From: Verrucomicrobiota bacterium
GTDB lineage: Bacteria; Verrucomicrobiota; Lentisphaeria; JABSQK01; JAJFLO01
Reading direction: 5' to 3'
Length of the DNA stretch: 64,000 nt
NCBI GenBank assembly: GCA_021772635.1
Contig: JAJFLP010000109.1
Coordinates: forward strand, 7,317 to 71,316
Shown here: one piece after another, positions 1 to 8,970 of the stretch
How positions within the stretch are numbered: the first letter of the stretch is position 1
How the letters are laid out: every line of letters starts with the position of its first letter
Notes under the pieces: generated by a model
Database searches by the model: none
What the model saw: only the letters and a program-made list of their open reading frames with translations
What the model was told of the DNA's origin: nothing
Program-made: the position numbers and the translations under genes

Positions 1-438
1 CTACCGGGCCCCAACTCGGCTCGGTTTGACAGATTCGCATCCCTTCAAAGTCACCGGGATTTCGAAACCTGTCTTTCAAGGTGATAAAACCATACGGACT
101 CTCTTGAAAAATAGTTGCGATAATGACGACAGGAATTCCTCTATCCCGATAAATTAAGAGGTCCGGCCCGGTGACCGCGAACTGGGCACGGTTCTTCGCA
201 AGTTCTTCGCCTACATCCAATAACTGGCCATCTGCTGTAACTCTCGAGCGGATTGTTACATCAAGATCGGCGGCAGCGTAGTATCCGTTCCACAAGGCAG
301 CGTAATAACCCGCGAATTGAAATTCATGGTCCCACTTCAACTGCAAAGTGACCTTATCTGCACCATGGCAAACCGGTAGGCCACCCCATACTCCGATCAG
401 TGCAGCGGTAATGAGTATTGTCTTTCTCAGTTGATTCA
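1..438 (-). CDS. NMT1/SsuA-like (NitT/TauT family) periplasmic substrate-binding protein, N-terminal part; gene continues beyond window start
   Basis: Reverse-strand translation from ATG at 438 gives MNQLRKTILITAALIGVWG... (signal peptide) then KVTLQLKWDHEFQFAGYYAALWNGYY, typical of the SsuA/NMT1 SBP fold. It runs to the window edge with no stop, which is why it is absent from the ORF track. Confidence 0.45.
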
Positions 439-502
439 TATCTTACTCTGTTTCTGCTGTCGGTCCGTTATCGACGCGAGCGATATGCGAATATCCGGAT
501 GG

Positions 503-1294
503 TCACAGCCGCCATACAACAAGGGCTTGAATTACGCTTTCATCAGTTCCTTTTTCGCCGAGTTTATTTAACCAAAGTTGCCATTCCACGCCGACATACA
601 GTTGGTCAGGTGTGTCGAATAAGGTTTTGCCCAGATCGTATCGAAACTGTGGTTGCGCGAGCAACCACTCGCTCACCTCCGCGCCGAATTCGTTATCACG
701 TTGACCTATATATTCCACATGCCCTTCGATACTGAAACGATGCCCCCTGATAGTGAGAGGGAAAGCCCAGTTGACGTCTATCATGTAGCTGTCGTCCTCC
801 GCTGGCGCGCCACCCGATTTTACCCCTCCACTGTCATCTAAATAAGCAGTGATATCCGTGTTCAGGAACGCGAATCCCGGCAACTTCCAACTCAACCGAA
901 TGCCGGGCAAATACTTCCGAACATTCCCGTCGCCGGCTATATTCAAGCCTGCAATTATGCCCAGACCATTAATCAGCCCGAATTCGGTGGATCGATTGAA
1001 TAATTTTCCAAGGCTGAAATTAACGTATAACTCGCCATAGTAATCTGAATCATTGAATCCATCGGTTTTGGAATCATTCAGGAAATCGATGAAAAAGAAG
1101 TTTTCGCCATACTTCCATCCGCTTGCGTGCTGAAATGTTAGTACATCTGTCGCGACATCTCCACCGCCCGCGAAGTTTGGCACGTCCAGGTTCCCGCGTT
1201 GGTAATGCAATTCTGTATTGCTCCATTCAGCGGCGGCTAGATCATTAGTGAGCGCAATCAGAAACACAAATAATAGCCGGACGAAATTCGACAT
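503..1294 (-). CDS. Tsx-like outer-membrane channel (nucleoside-specific channel family), beta-barrel
   Basis: Start taken at MSNFVRLLFVFLIALTNDLAAA (signal peptide), with GGAGG 8 nt upstream. Alternating aromatic/hydrophilic strands; the pattern WKYGENFFFIDFL...YGELYVNFSLGKL resembles E. coli Tsx. The track ORF start at 1414 is read-through of upstream repeat sequence. Confidence 0.5.
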   Translation of the reverse strand: MSNFVRLLFVFLIALTNDLAAAEWSNTELHYQRGNLDVPNFAGGGDVATDVLTFQHASGWKYGENFFFIDFLNDSKTDGFNDSDYYGELYVNFSLGKLFNRSTEFGLINGLGIIAGLNIAGDGNVRKYLPGIRLSWKLPGFAFLNTDITAYLDDSGGVKSGGAPAEDDSYMIDVNWAFPLTIRGHRFSIEGHVEYIGQRDNEFGAEVSEWLLAQPQFRYDLGKTLFDTPDQLYVGVEWQLWLNKLGEKGTDESVIQALVVWRL

Positions 1295-1509
1295 ATTTCC
1301 TCCATTATACTGCAAGCAGTACAATTTTTGGACAACCTTGAGTTTATCAGCCATGTGATTTTGAACGGTATTTCGAAAACTCGAAGGCGATGGGTATAGA
1401 ATGATTTTTCTCATAATTCTCCGCCAGTGGCAGAGGACACAGAGAGGTTCGACTGGTCCGTCGTTTTATGTGTTGACGAAAATGGCGCGAAGATTATTTT
1501 CGCCCTTCT

Positions 1510-1620
1510 TAATCCCACCAGTGGGTTTAATTTTCCGTTCTGCTGTCCAGTACTTACGTAGTAAATCTCTAAGAGTCTTTCATACCTCGCGGGCTTGCCC
1601 CGAGGCAGTTGATTCACAGT
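1510..1620. repeat. Composite dispersed repeat, family A (CCCACCAGTGGG palindrome + GCTGTCCAG + ACCTCGYGGGCTTG module)
   Basis: Near-identical copies at 38468-38575. The CCCACCAGTGGG module recurs at 7445-7535, 23116-23165, 23328-23412 and 24375-24460. The CGTAGCAATG...ACCTCGYGGGCTTG module recurs at 32520-32595 and 61445-61505. Confidence 0.6.
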
Positions 1621-1760
1621 TATTTGACGATGGAACGGGACTGGGCTTGGCGGTTGTCCATGGGATTGTCACGAATCACCATGGAGAAATCACTATCGAA
1701 AGTGAAGTCGGAAGAGGAACCGTATTTCACGTGTCCCTACCGGCAGCAGTTTCGGCGTTA
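1611..1760 (+). pseudogene. Remnant of a histidine-kinase HATPase_c C-terminus (G2 box onwards), truncated at the 5' end by repeat sequence
   Basis: Frame translates to [44 protein letters not shown], the last ~45 aa of a sensor kinase. No upstream kinase domains are present. The upstream part of the track ORF is repeat-derived. Confidence 0.4.
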
Positions 1761-1902
1761 AAGAACCCGATTGAGGCGGTTGAACCCACGCAGTGGGGTT
1801 TCATTCCCCGCGGTTTACCGCGATATCAAAACTATTTCAAAAGCCGATACCCCGTCTGCTCTGCGGCGGGGTAGTGCATTCGAGTCGGGTAGAGAGATCC
1901 AA

Positions 1903-2958
1903 TCAGATGTTATTCGTGAGAGAAGTAACTTGTTCTTTGGATCCCATTACCAAGAGGATATCGCCCGATTCGAATTTGACTTCATCGTCTGGATTAAATA
2001 AGTACTCGCCGTTTGTTCGTTTTATGCCGAGTACCAATAACCCGGTTTTATCTTTAATTCCCGCGCTCGCAACGGTTTCGCCTAAAAGCGAGCTTCTGCT
2101 TCCTAAACGAACTTCATTAAAACGTATTGTACTCGTGGAATCTTTTATCATCGCGTCTAAGAACTGAACAACATCCGGGCGAATCACGATAGATGCCATT
2201 CTCATACCGCCGATTGCGTTTGGGGAAACAACATCATCCGCACCCGCCTTAAGTAGCTTTCCGGCGTTCTCCGACTCGATATTTCGAGCGACGATGTGTA
2301 ATTCTGGGTTAAGTGACCTTGCGCTGAGGACGACGTATGTATTGTCTTTATCGTCGCTTAACGCAGTTATAAGTGCGCGTGCCTTGTCGATCCCCGCGTC
2401 CCTTAAAGCCTCGTCCTTCGTCGCATCATCCTGAACATATGCTATATCTCCGATCTCAAGGGCGAGTTCCATTTCATCGGGATCTTTCTCGATCAGGACA
2501 AACGGAGTGGACGTATTATGAAATTCCCTTGCTATACACAGCCCGTTGTGACCTGCGCCGCAAAGAATTACGTGACCAGACATTTTCGAAATTCTTTTAT
2601 CCATATTCTTACCTGCGAATAAATGCCGAAACTCACCTTCAACAACAAAAGCGGCTATACACGAAACCCCATAACCGACGATGCCGAATGAAGAGATGAT
2701 CAAAAAGATGGTAAACAGCCTCCCGTTCGCGGAAAGTTCGTGCGTTTCTCCGTAACCTACGGTCGCCAGCGTTATAACCGTCATATAAAACGAGTCAAAT
2801 AACGCCCAATCTTCAATTATATGGTATCCCAATGTTCCAATCCCAGTAGCCGCCAGCAGTAAAAAAAATGCTTTAAGCACGCGAACACGCGCTTCATAGT
2901 GATGGCTCTCGAATTTGCGACTGACCCTTGTTTTCGAAGCGAATCTTGTTTCGTCCAT
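1903..2958 (-). CDS. Two-TM potassium channel with cytoplasmic RCK/TrkA-N and TrkA-C domains (MthK/Kch-like)
   Basis: TVGYGE selectivity filter flanked by two hydrophobic helices. GxGxxG Rossmann motif (ILCGAGHNG) of TrkA-N, then a TrkA-C-like tail. Confidence 0.75.
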   Translation of the reverse strand: MDETRFASKTRVSRKFESHHYEARVRVLKAFFLLLAATGIGTLGYHIIEDWALFDSFYMTVITLATVGYGETHELSANGRLFTIFLIISSFGIVGYGVSCIAAFVVEGEFRHLFAGKNMDKRISKMSGHVILCGAGHNGLCIAREFHNTSTPFVLIEKDPDEMELALEIGDIAYVQDDATKDEALRDAGIDKARALITALSDDKDNTYVVLSARSLNPELHIVARNIESENAGKLLKAGADDVVSPNAIGGMRMASIVIRPDVVQFLDAMIKDSTSTIRFNEVRLGSRSSLLGETVASAGIKDKTGLLVLGIKRTNGEYLFNPDDEVKFESGDILLVMGSKEQVTSLTNNI

Positions 2959-3147
2959 AACGACTCACTGGTTTTGTTATTGTTGCGTTCAGGAGGTTAT
3001 CGTCGCTTAACGAAAAACATGCTACGAAAATAGTGATTGGAACGCTATACTCTCCATGAATAACGCTCAGAAGCAAAAAAATCAATGAGTTACGAAGGTT
3101 GTATGGCTGAAGAAATATTGAAATGTCGGCTGGATCTCTTAGTCTAG

Positions 3148-3240
3148 TCCTAGAATAAGCGAACATTCCGATCCGTAATCTTACTCTTACTCGTAATCGT
3201 AAACTTTCTGGTTTTTCGTGAGGTGAGATCTGGCAAGGGA
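3148..3240. repeat. ~90-bp dispersed repeat (CACCTCGAARAACCAGAAMGATTACGATTACGAG...AATGTTCGCTTATTT), copy 1 (reverse orientation)
   Basis: Matches 15036-15125 and 34350-34437 by eye over ~85 bp. ORFs 14797..15087 and 34273..34512 are translations of these repeats. Confidence 0.5.
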
Positions 3241-3303
3241 TTACGATTATGATTAGGAGTACGCTTACGAAGAAAAGCCAACGAAAATTTTGTTGGCTTT
3301 GGG

Positions 3304-3484
3304 TCTAGCCTGAATAATTCACCAGTATTCTGCTACGAGCCCTAATCTCTGCTCAAATAAACCGATTGGCTTGGCTTCACATCTTAGTGAATGAAAATTC
3401 ACTTTCACCGTGGCGCCTTCTCCAATCGTCTTATTATGAACGAGTTAAGTTCTCTCGCGACGAATCGCGTGAATTAATCAGGCG
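3304..3484. mobile_element. ~185-bp MITE-like element with ~18-bp terminal inverted repeats (CTAGCCTGAATAATTCAC ... GTGAATTAATCAGGC), copy 1
   Basis: Near-identical full copies at 38575-38758 and 54414-54595, with a partial inverted fragment at 25780-25830. Carries an internal GTGAATGAAAATTCAC palindrome. No coding capacity. Confidence 0.5.
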
Positions 3485-3567
3485 TAGTCCCGTGACCGCG
3501 GGATCGTAGGTTCTTTGTAACTCATTTAGACATGCTCGCAGTAGAAGCTTTATGCATAGAGCACAGG

Positions 3568-6500
3568 CTAGACCGTCGCCGCTGACTCAGGTTTTTGGTT
3601 GTTCGCGGGCTGACGGTAGAGGGCGCGAATATCTTCTAGAATCAGATAATTTACCGGTACAAGAAACAGTGTTATCAGTGTCGCGAACAATACCCCGAAT
3701 CCAAGCGACACGGCCATTGGAATAAGAAATTGAGCTTGTGTGCTTTTTTCGAGAATCAACGGTGTAAGCCCGGCGAACGTTGTCAGAGATGTCAGTAGAA
3801 TCGGTCGAAAGCGAGCTGTCCCTGCGATCCGTACGGCATCGGAAATCGGGGTGCCTTCGTTTCTACGCTTATTGACATAATCGACGAGCACGAGACTGTC
3901 ATTTACAACGACGCCGACTAACGCGAGAATACCGAATAGACTCATCATACTCAGTGACATGTCCATAAGCATATGCCCCAGTATGGCCCCTGAAATGCCG
4001 AATGGAATTACGCTCATGACGATCAAAGGCTGTAAGTAGGACCGGAATGGGATTGCCAGCAGGGCGTAGATAGCGAAGAGCACAAGTAACAATCCACTTT
4101 TCAGAGATCCGGTCGACTCTCTTACATCTTTCGCTTCGCCCTCAAGAGAAAAGCGAATGCTTGGGTACTTCCCTAGAATCTTGCCGATGTTCTCGACCAG
4201 GTCTTTCTGTAAATCAGCCATATTCACTTTTTTCTTGTCAACATCTGCAATTATATTAGTCGTCCTGTTTCTATTGACGCGCGAGATTTCAGCATATCCG
4301 CGGCCCATTTCCACATCAGCGACATTCTCGAACGGCACTTCGACGCCTGTCTTTGTCCGTATTTTCATGGAATCGATAGTGCTTATCGATTTTCGTTCGT
4401 TTTCCGGGTATCGAATCATTACCCGGACATCGTCACGGCCTCTTTGAATTCTCTGGGCTTCCTCGCCGAAAAACGCCTGCCGCACTTGACGCCCGAGGTC
4501 TGCAGAGTTTAGTCCCAGCAACTCGGCTTCGGGTTTGATCGTTAGTCTGATCTCCGCTTTTCCGCCTTCGAAACTGTCACTGATATCGAACACCCCCTGA
4601 TAGGAGCCTAAGAATGTTTTTATTTCATCGGCTGCCGACTCCAGAGCTTTGAAATTCGTCCCGGATAGTTGGATGTCAATCGCCTCGCTACGGTGCCCGA
4701 TTTCAGCGCGGATACTGAGTTTCGATTCGCCGGGTAGCGGGCCGATGAGATCACGCCATTCGTTCGATATTTCACGTACTGATGCGTCAATTGTGCGTTC
4801 TTCCGGCGGGACAATTTGCATTCGGACGCGCCCGAGATGTGATTTTCCACCGCGGCCTCCCGACGAGCCGGCTGAGGACAGAATTCCGGAAACAACGCTG
4901 ACGTTCGTAGTTGGATCTACGTATTTGTCGCGAATAACGCCCGCTACTTCAGTGATCCGTTGCACGTAGGAGTTTGTGACGTCGAAGTCAGTTCCTAAAG
5001 GCATTTCCAGAGTCACCGTTATGACCTCGTGTTCGACCCGCGGGAAAGGCGTCCACCCGATTCTCCCGCCAAGCGCCATGCTGAGTAGTATCGCGAGAAT
5101 TCCGAGAAAGATGGCGAGAGTCACATATCGCCAGTTCAATGCATGATGTAGCGCTGGCCGGTAGAATCGGATGATGAAAGTTTCCAAGCCAGTCGCGAAC
5201 CTGCTTTGAAAACGAAGCAAAAAGTTTTCTTTAGTTTCGTCACGTGGTCGCATATGTTTGAGGTGCGACGGTAGGATAAGTTTAGACTCTATCAGGGAAA
5301 ACAGGAGCACTGGTATTACGACCAGCGGAATAGATTGAAATATCGGGCCACGTCGGCCGCCGAGCATCAGTAGCGGGATAAACGCAACCACGGTCGTGAG
5401 AACCCCGAATATGACGGGAACGGCTACTTCGAGACTTCCGTTGATCGCTGCTTCTTCCCCCGACTTGGATTTTTTCAAATGCGCGAAAATATTCTCGCCA
5501 GTTACGATGGCGTCATCCACTACGATACCGAGGACGAGAATAAACGCGAAAAGGCTGATTATATTGATGGTCACACCCAAAAATGGTAGCAACGCGAGGG
5601 CGCCGAGGAACGAAACCGGGATTCCTATACATACCCAGATTGCGACGGTCAACCGGAGGAACATGGCTAATAGCAAGAATACGAGTATCCCCCCCTGCGC
5701 TGCGCTTCTAACCAGGGTCTTTAATCGGCTTTTGACGATCTTCGAACGATCTCGCCAGTAGTGGAGTTTTATCCCCGCGGGGAGCGCGTTCTGTGTCTCA
5801 TGTATGTACTCTTTTATCTTGTTCGCGACCGTGATAGCGTTTTGCTCTCCGACCCGGTATACGTCCAGTATCGCAGCCGGCTCGCCATTGAATCGCGTGA
5901 TCATCGGGGTCTCCTCGAAGTCGTCTCTGACCAGGGCGATGTCGCCAATCCTGAGGTCGGTTCCATCTTTTCTTGAGATTATCGGGATATTGTCAAAGTC
6001 CTGTTTCGTGTACGCCTGACTCAGTGTTCGGAGAAGGATTTCGCCTCCTTTGGTTTTTATAGCGCCGGCTGGCAAATCCAAAGAAGAATTGCGAATTGCG
6101 GTAGATACTTCGGCGAAGGTTAAGTTGTATTCTTGCAGCGTCTCCTCAGAAAGTTCTATCGAAATTTCATATGGCCGGACCCCGGTTAGCTCCACTTGTG
6201 TGATTCCGGGTATGCTAAGAATATCGTCACGAACACGTTCGGCTATGATTCGGAGATCCTTCTCAGAAGCGTCGCCGGCGACAATAAGAGAAATTACTTC
6301 ATGGCGTCTTTGCTCAATTGTATAGACGGGTCTCTCAATTTCGTCCGGGAAAGTTGTGATCGCGTCGACCCGGTTTTTTATGTCATCGAGAAGGTCCCGC
6401 GGTTCATAACCATTCTCAATTTCAAGGCTTACTGTTCCGATACTTTCCGCCGCAGTAGATCTGATCTCCTTGATCCCCTGTACATCCTGAATCGCTTCTT

Positions 6501-6711
6501 CGATTCGGACGACAACAGACTCCTCCACCTCTGCAGGTGTTGCACCACGAAATGGCACGCGCACAGTGATCACGTCCAGTTCGATGGTCGGGAACACTTC
6601 GAGTATAAGACCACCGTTAATTGCGTATAAACCGGCAACGATGATTGCGATCATCAGTAGATTCGCTGCTACGCCGTTCTTAGCAAACCATTTTATTACA
6701 TTGTTAACCAT
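3568..6711 (-). CDS. RND multidrug efflux permease (HAE1/AcrB family)
   Basis: 1047 aa with 12-TM topology, two large periplasmic loops and AcrB-like N-terminus MVNNVIKWFAKNGVAANLLM. Last gene of a TetR-OMF-MFP-RND operon. Confidence 0.9.
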   Translation of the reverse strand: MVNNVIKWFAKNGVAANLLMIAIIVAGLYAINGGLILEVFPTIELDVITVRVPFRGATPAEVEESVVVRIEEAIQDVQGIKEIRSTAAESIGTVSLEIENGYEPRDLLDDIKNRVDAITTFPDEIERPVYTIEQRRHEVISLIVAGDASEKDLRIIAERVRDDILSIPGITQVELTGVRPYEISIELSEETLQEYNLTFAEVSTAIRNSSLDLPAGAIKTKGGEILLRTLSQAYTKQDFDNIPIISRKDGTDLRIGDIALVRDDFEETPMITRFNGEPAAILDVYRVGEQNAITVANKIKEYIHETQNALPAGIKLHYWRDRSKIVKSRLKTLVRSAAQGGILVFLLLAMFLRLTVAIWVCIGIPVSFLGALALLPFLGVTINIISLFAFILVLGIVVDDAIVTGENIFAHLKKSKSGEEAAINGSLEVAVPVIFGVLTTVVAFIPLLMLGGRRGPIFQSIPLVVIPVLLFSLIESKLILPSHLKHMRPRDETKENFLLRFQSRFATGLETFIIRFYRPALHHALNWRYVTLAIFLGILAILLSMALGGRIGWTPFPRVEHEVITVTLEMPLGTDFDVTNSYVQRITEVAGVIRDKYVDPTTNVSVVSGILSSAGSSGGRGGKSHLGRVRMQIVPPEERTIDASVREISNEWRDLIGPLPGESKLSIRAEIGHRSEAIDIQLSGTNFKALESAADEIKTFLGSYQGVFDISDSFEGGKAEIRLTIKPEAELLGLNSADLGRQVRQAFFGEEAQRIQRGRDDVRVMIRYPENERKSISTIDSMKIRTKTGVEVPFENVADVEMGRGYAEISRVNRNRTTNIIADVDKKKVNMADLQKDLVENIGKILGKYPSIRFSLEGEAKDVRESTGSLKSGLLLVLFAIYALLAIPFRSYLQPLIVMSVIPFGISGAILGHMLMDMSLSMMSLFGILALVGVVVNDSLVLVDYVNKRRNEGTPISDAVRIAGTARFRPILLTSLTTFAGLTPLILEKSTQAQFLIPMAVSLGFGVLFATLITLFLVPVNYLILEDIRALYRQPANNQKPESAATV

Positions 6712-6889
6712 AAGAAATTATAGGATTGACGATTTTCGATTGACATTGCATTGCTCGCACGTACCGGGCCCGTCTCATACTCCCAGGAGTATTCGGCTGC
6801 CGATTTTCGATTGAAAAATACCCTTCGATCTGTACTGATTCCGATGTTTGGGAGAACGAAGTGACGGCCTAAACGCTTACATCTTTCCG

Positions 6890-7270
6890 GATCGACGCTA
6901 CAGATTGCACAGGCGTTAGAGTTCGCGCTTTAGCGCGTCTTACCCCCTAGTTCCTAACCAAAATGTCCCCAGTGTCTAGGAAACTAGGCAACGCACGTTC
7001 CCGGGCCGAGTCCTCTTAAACCTTATCGGATCTTTGTTTTTGTATTAACAGACTCAGCGGAGCGCGTCGGTCGACGCTCCTCTGAAACTTCGTCATTTTG
7101 ACACACTAAAGTGTGAACTCCAACGAGCACTTCAGCATACCAGCGAATTCGTGTTACAGTGATCGCTGTTGGAGTTCGCGCTTTAGCGTGTCGTATCTAA
7201 AGTTTCCTATTATATTAACAGAGTCAGCGTCACCGGCTCGGTCGACGCTCCTACGAAACTTAAACGGTTT
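6890..7270. repeat. Intergenic block of REP/REPIN copies (GTTGGAGTTCRCGCTTYAGCGTG cores, one inverted doublet at 7103-7195) interleaved with a second ~55-bp direct repeat (TTAACAGASTCAGCG...GACGCTCCTMYGAAACTT at 7037-7095 and 7213-7265)
   Basis: Same core as the arrays flanking the RAYT gene at 18.1-19.4 kb. The inverted pair at 7103-7195 is separated by ~45 bp. Confidence 0.5.
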
Positions 7271-7444
7271 TGAGGCTGTTAATCGCGTTCGATTCGGATC
7301 GATCGTGCGGCTTTTGGAGTTCAAGCTTCAGCGCTATTTGTTGATTGGCAGAGGCAATCCTGCATGCGGGATTGAACTCCAAAATTCTGGCGAATTCGAA
7401 GTTTCTACCTATAATACTCACAGGCATCGCCTGTGGTCCAAGCT

Positions 7445-7535
7445 CCTTGAAACTTGGCGGAAATCTTCAATATTGAGAGCCCGTTTCGTATTGTAAAATG
7501 TGGGTTAAAAAGGAAACCCACTGGTGGGCTCCTCT
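7445..7535. repeat. Repeat family A sub-module (CTTGAAACTTGGCGGAAATCTTC...TGTAAAATGTGGGTTAAAAAGGAAACCCACTGGTGGGCT)
   Basis: Three near-identical copies at 7445-7535, 23328-23412 and 24375-24460. Contains the CCCACTGGTGGG palindrome. Confidence 0.55.
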
Positions 7536-7536
7536 A

Positions 7537-8952
7537 CTACTCCCGTATTGCCTCGGCTTTCTCGGAAATATCGGCTTCAGGCGTGCCGTCGCCCGCGATT
7601 TCCACGAACATACCTTCCTTCGCGAAAGTCAGCGCGGTTGTGCATAAACGGTCCCCATCCTTAATTCCGCCTTTGACTGCCGCGCTCGTTTCATCTTTCC
7701 AGATAATCTGAATCGCCTGTTCTTCCAGCTGTCGATTCTCATTAATCAACCAGATCGTTTTTCCATCGCGTATCGATGTGATCGGCACAAGAACGATATT
7801 TTCTAGCGTTTTTCCGTAAATTTCAGCATGTACAAATAACCCCACCTTTAATGGAGCACCTGTCGTTCCTGCCTTTAAGTACGGATCTTCCACCTGAGCG
7901 ATAACAAAATGCTGCCGACTCGCAGAATCGATCTCACTTTCTGATCGCATAATTTTACCTTCCCATTTATGTATCTCGCTACCGGCCGCACCCATTAAAA
8001 TCACTCTAGGAAAAGGGTTGGTTCGGGATTCAATTTGACTTGCAAAAGTCTCCGGCAGGTCAATGAACGCGATTTGGCTGTTGGCTAGTGGTAATCGAAC
8101 CTCGGCGACCTCAACGGAATAGATTTCAGCCAGAATCGTGCCGGGTGCAACGTATTGGCCTATATCGACACGCTTTGTGACGATCCTGCCATCGTAGGGG
8201 GCTTTGACCGAACATCGCGCCAGGTCAAGCTTTGCTTTGGAGAGGTCGGCTTCGGCCGCGCGGACCGACGCCTCCGCCGCGTCAATCAAAGGCCCAATCA
8301 GGGTTAATTCGCGTTGGCGTACTTCCATCTCCGCCTTCGCAGCATCCAGAGCAGCTTGAGCGGCAGCGAGTTGGGGTTTACGTAGAACAAGTGTTCCCGC
8401 AGTGCGGCCGGCTCCCAGTTTCTGCCAATCAGTACGGGCCTGCTCAGTGGATGCCAGTTCTTCTTCTAATTTTAATTTGCTCTGCTGTACGTTGTTCTCA
8501 GCACTCTTAATTACGGCAGAAAAATTTTCCGTTCTCACCTTTTCCTGCGCAAGATTGAGTATAGCCTCACTGACTCGTGATCTTGCCTTCTCAACCCCGA
8601 TCTCGAAGTCGCGCGTATCGATACGCATCAGCTCTGCACCATTTTCAAAGAAGCTTCCGACCTTCAAATTTGGCGATACGCTTGTGACGACGCCTGATAC
8701 TTCCGCCACAAGTGTACTCTTCGTGTGTGGCTGAACGACACCTTGTGCCTTGACCGTTACCTGGAAGTCCGTGCGAATGGCCGTCATGGCATCGACAACA
8801 ATCACAGGTTTAGGCTTTAACTGGCGAGGCGGTTTCTTAGCGCCTGTAGCAATTTTATGCGCGACTTTCGCACTGAGCAATATAATAATAATCGGAATAA
8901 TAAATTGAAGAAATCGACGCATTTTCGACGCATTCCTTAGGTTTGACCACAA
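7537..8952 (-). CDS. RND efflux periplasmic adaptor (membrane fusion protein, HlyD family)
   Basis: N-terminal anchor helix, long Ala/Glu-rich coiled-coil hairpin, lipoyl and beta-barrel segments. Alternative start at MRRFLQF (8922). Confidence 0.85.
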   Translation of the reverse strand: MWSNLRNASKMRRFLQFIIPIIIILLSAKVAHKIATGAKKPPRQLKPKPVIVVDAMTAIRTDFQVTVKAQGVVQPHTKSTLVAEVSGVVTSVSPNLKVGSFFENGAELMRIDTRDFEIGVEKARSRVSEAILNLAQEKVRTENFSAVIKSAENNVQQSKLKLEEELASTEQARTDWQKLGAGRTAGTLVLRKPQLAAAQAALDAAKAEMEVRQRELTLIGPLIDAAEASVRAAEADLSKAKLDLARCSVKAPYDGRIVTKRVDIGQYVAPGTILAEIYSVEVAEVRLPLANSQIAFIDLPETFASQIESRTNPFPRVILMGAAGSEIHKWEGKIMRSESEIDSASRQHFVIAQVEDPYLKAGTTGAPLKVGLFVHAEIYGKTLENIVLVPITSIRDGKTIWLINENRQLEEQAIQIIWKDETSAAVKGGIKDGDRLCTTALTFAKEGMFVEIAGDGTPEADISEKAEAIRE

Positions 8953-8970
8953 TTTCGTTTCGAACGGGGT

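Noticed and set aside
4157-6814. Numerous antisense or out-of-frame ORFs (96-144 aa) overlapping the RND permease gene, and similar ones inside the hybrid kinases and topB
   Set aside because: They are embedded in long, well-supported genes on the opposite strand or in another frame, with low-complexity composition. Typical spurious ORFs.
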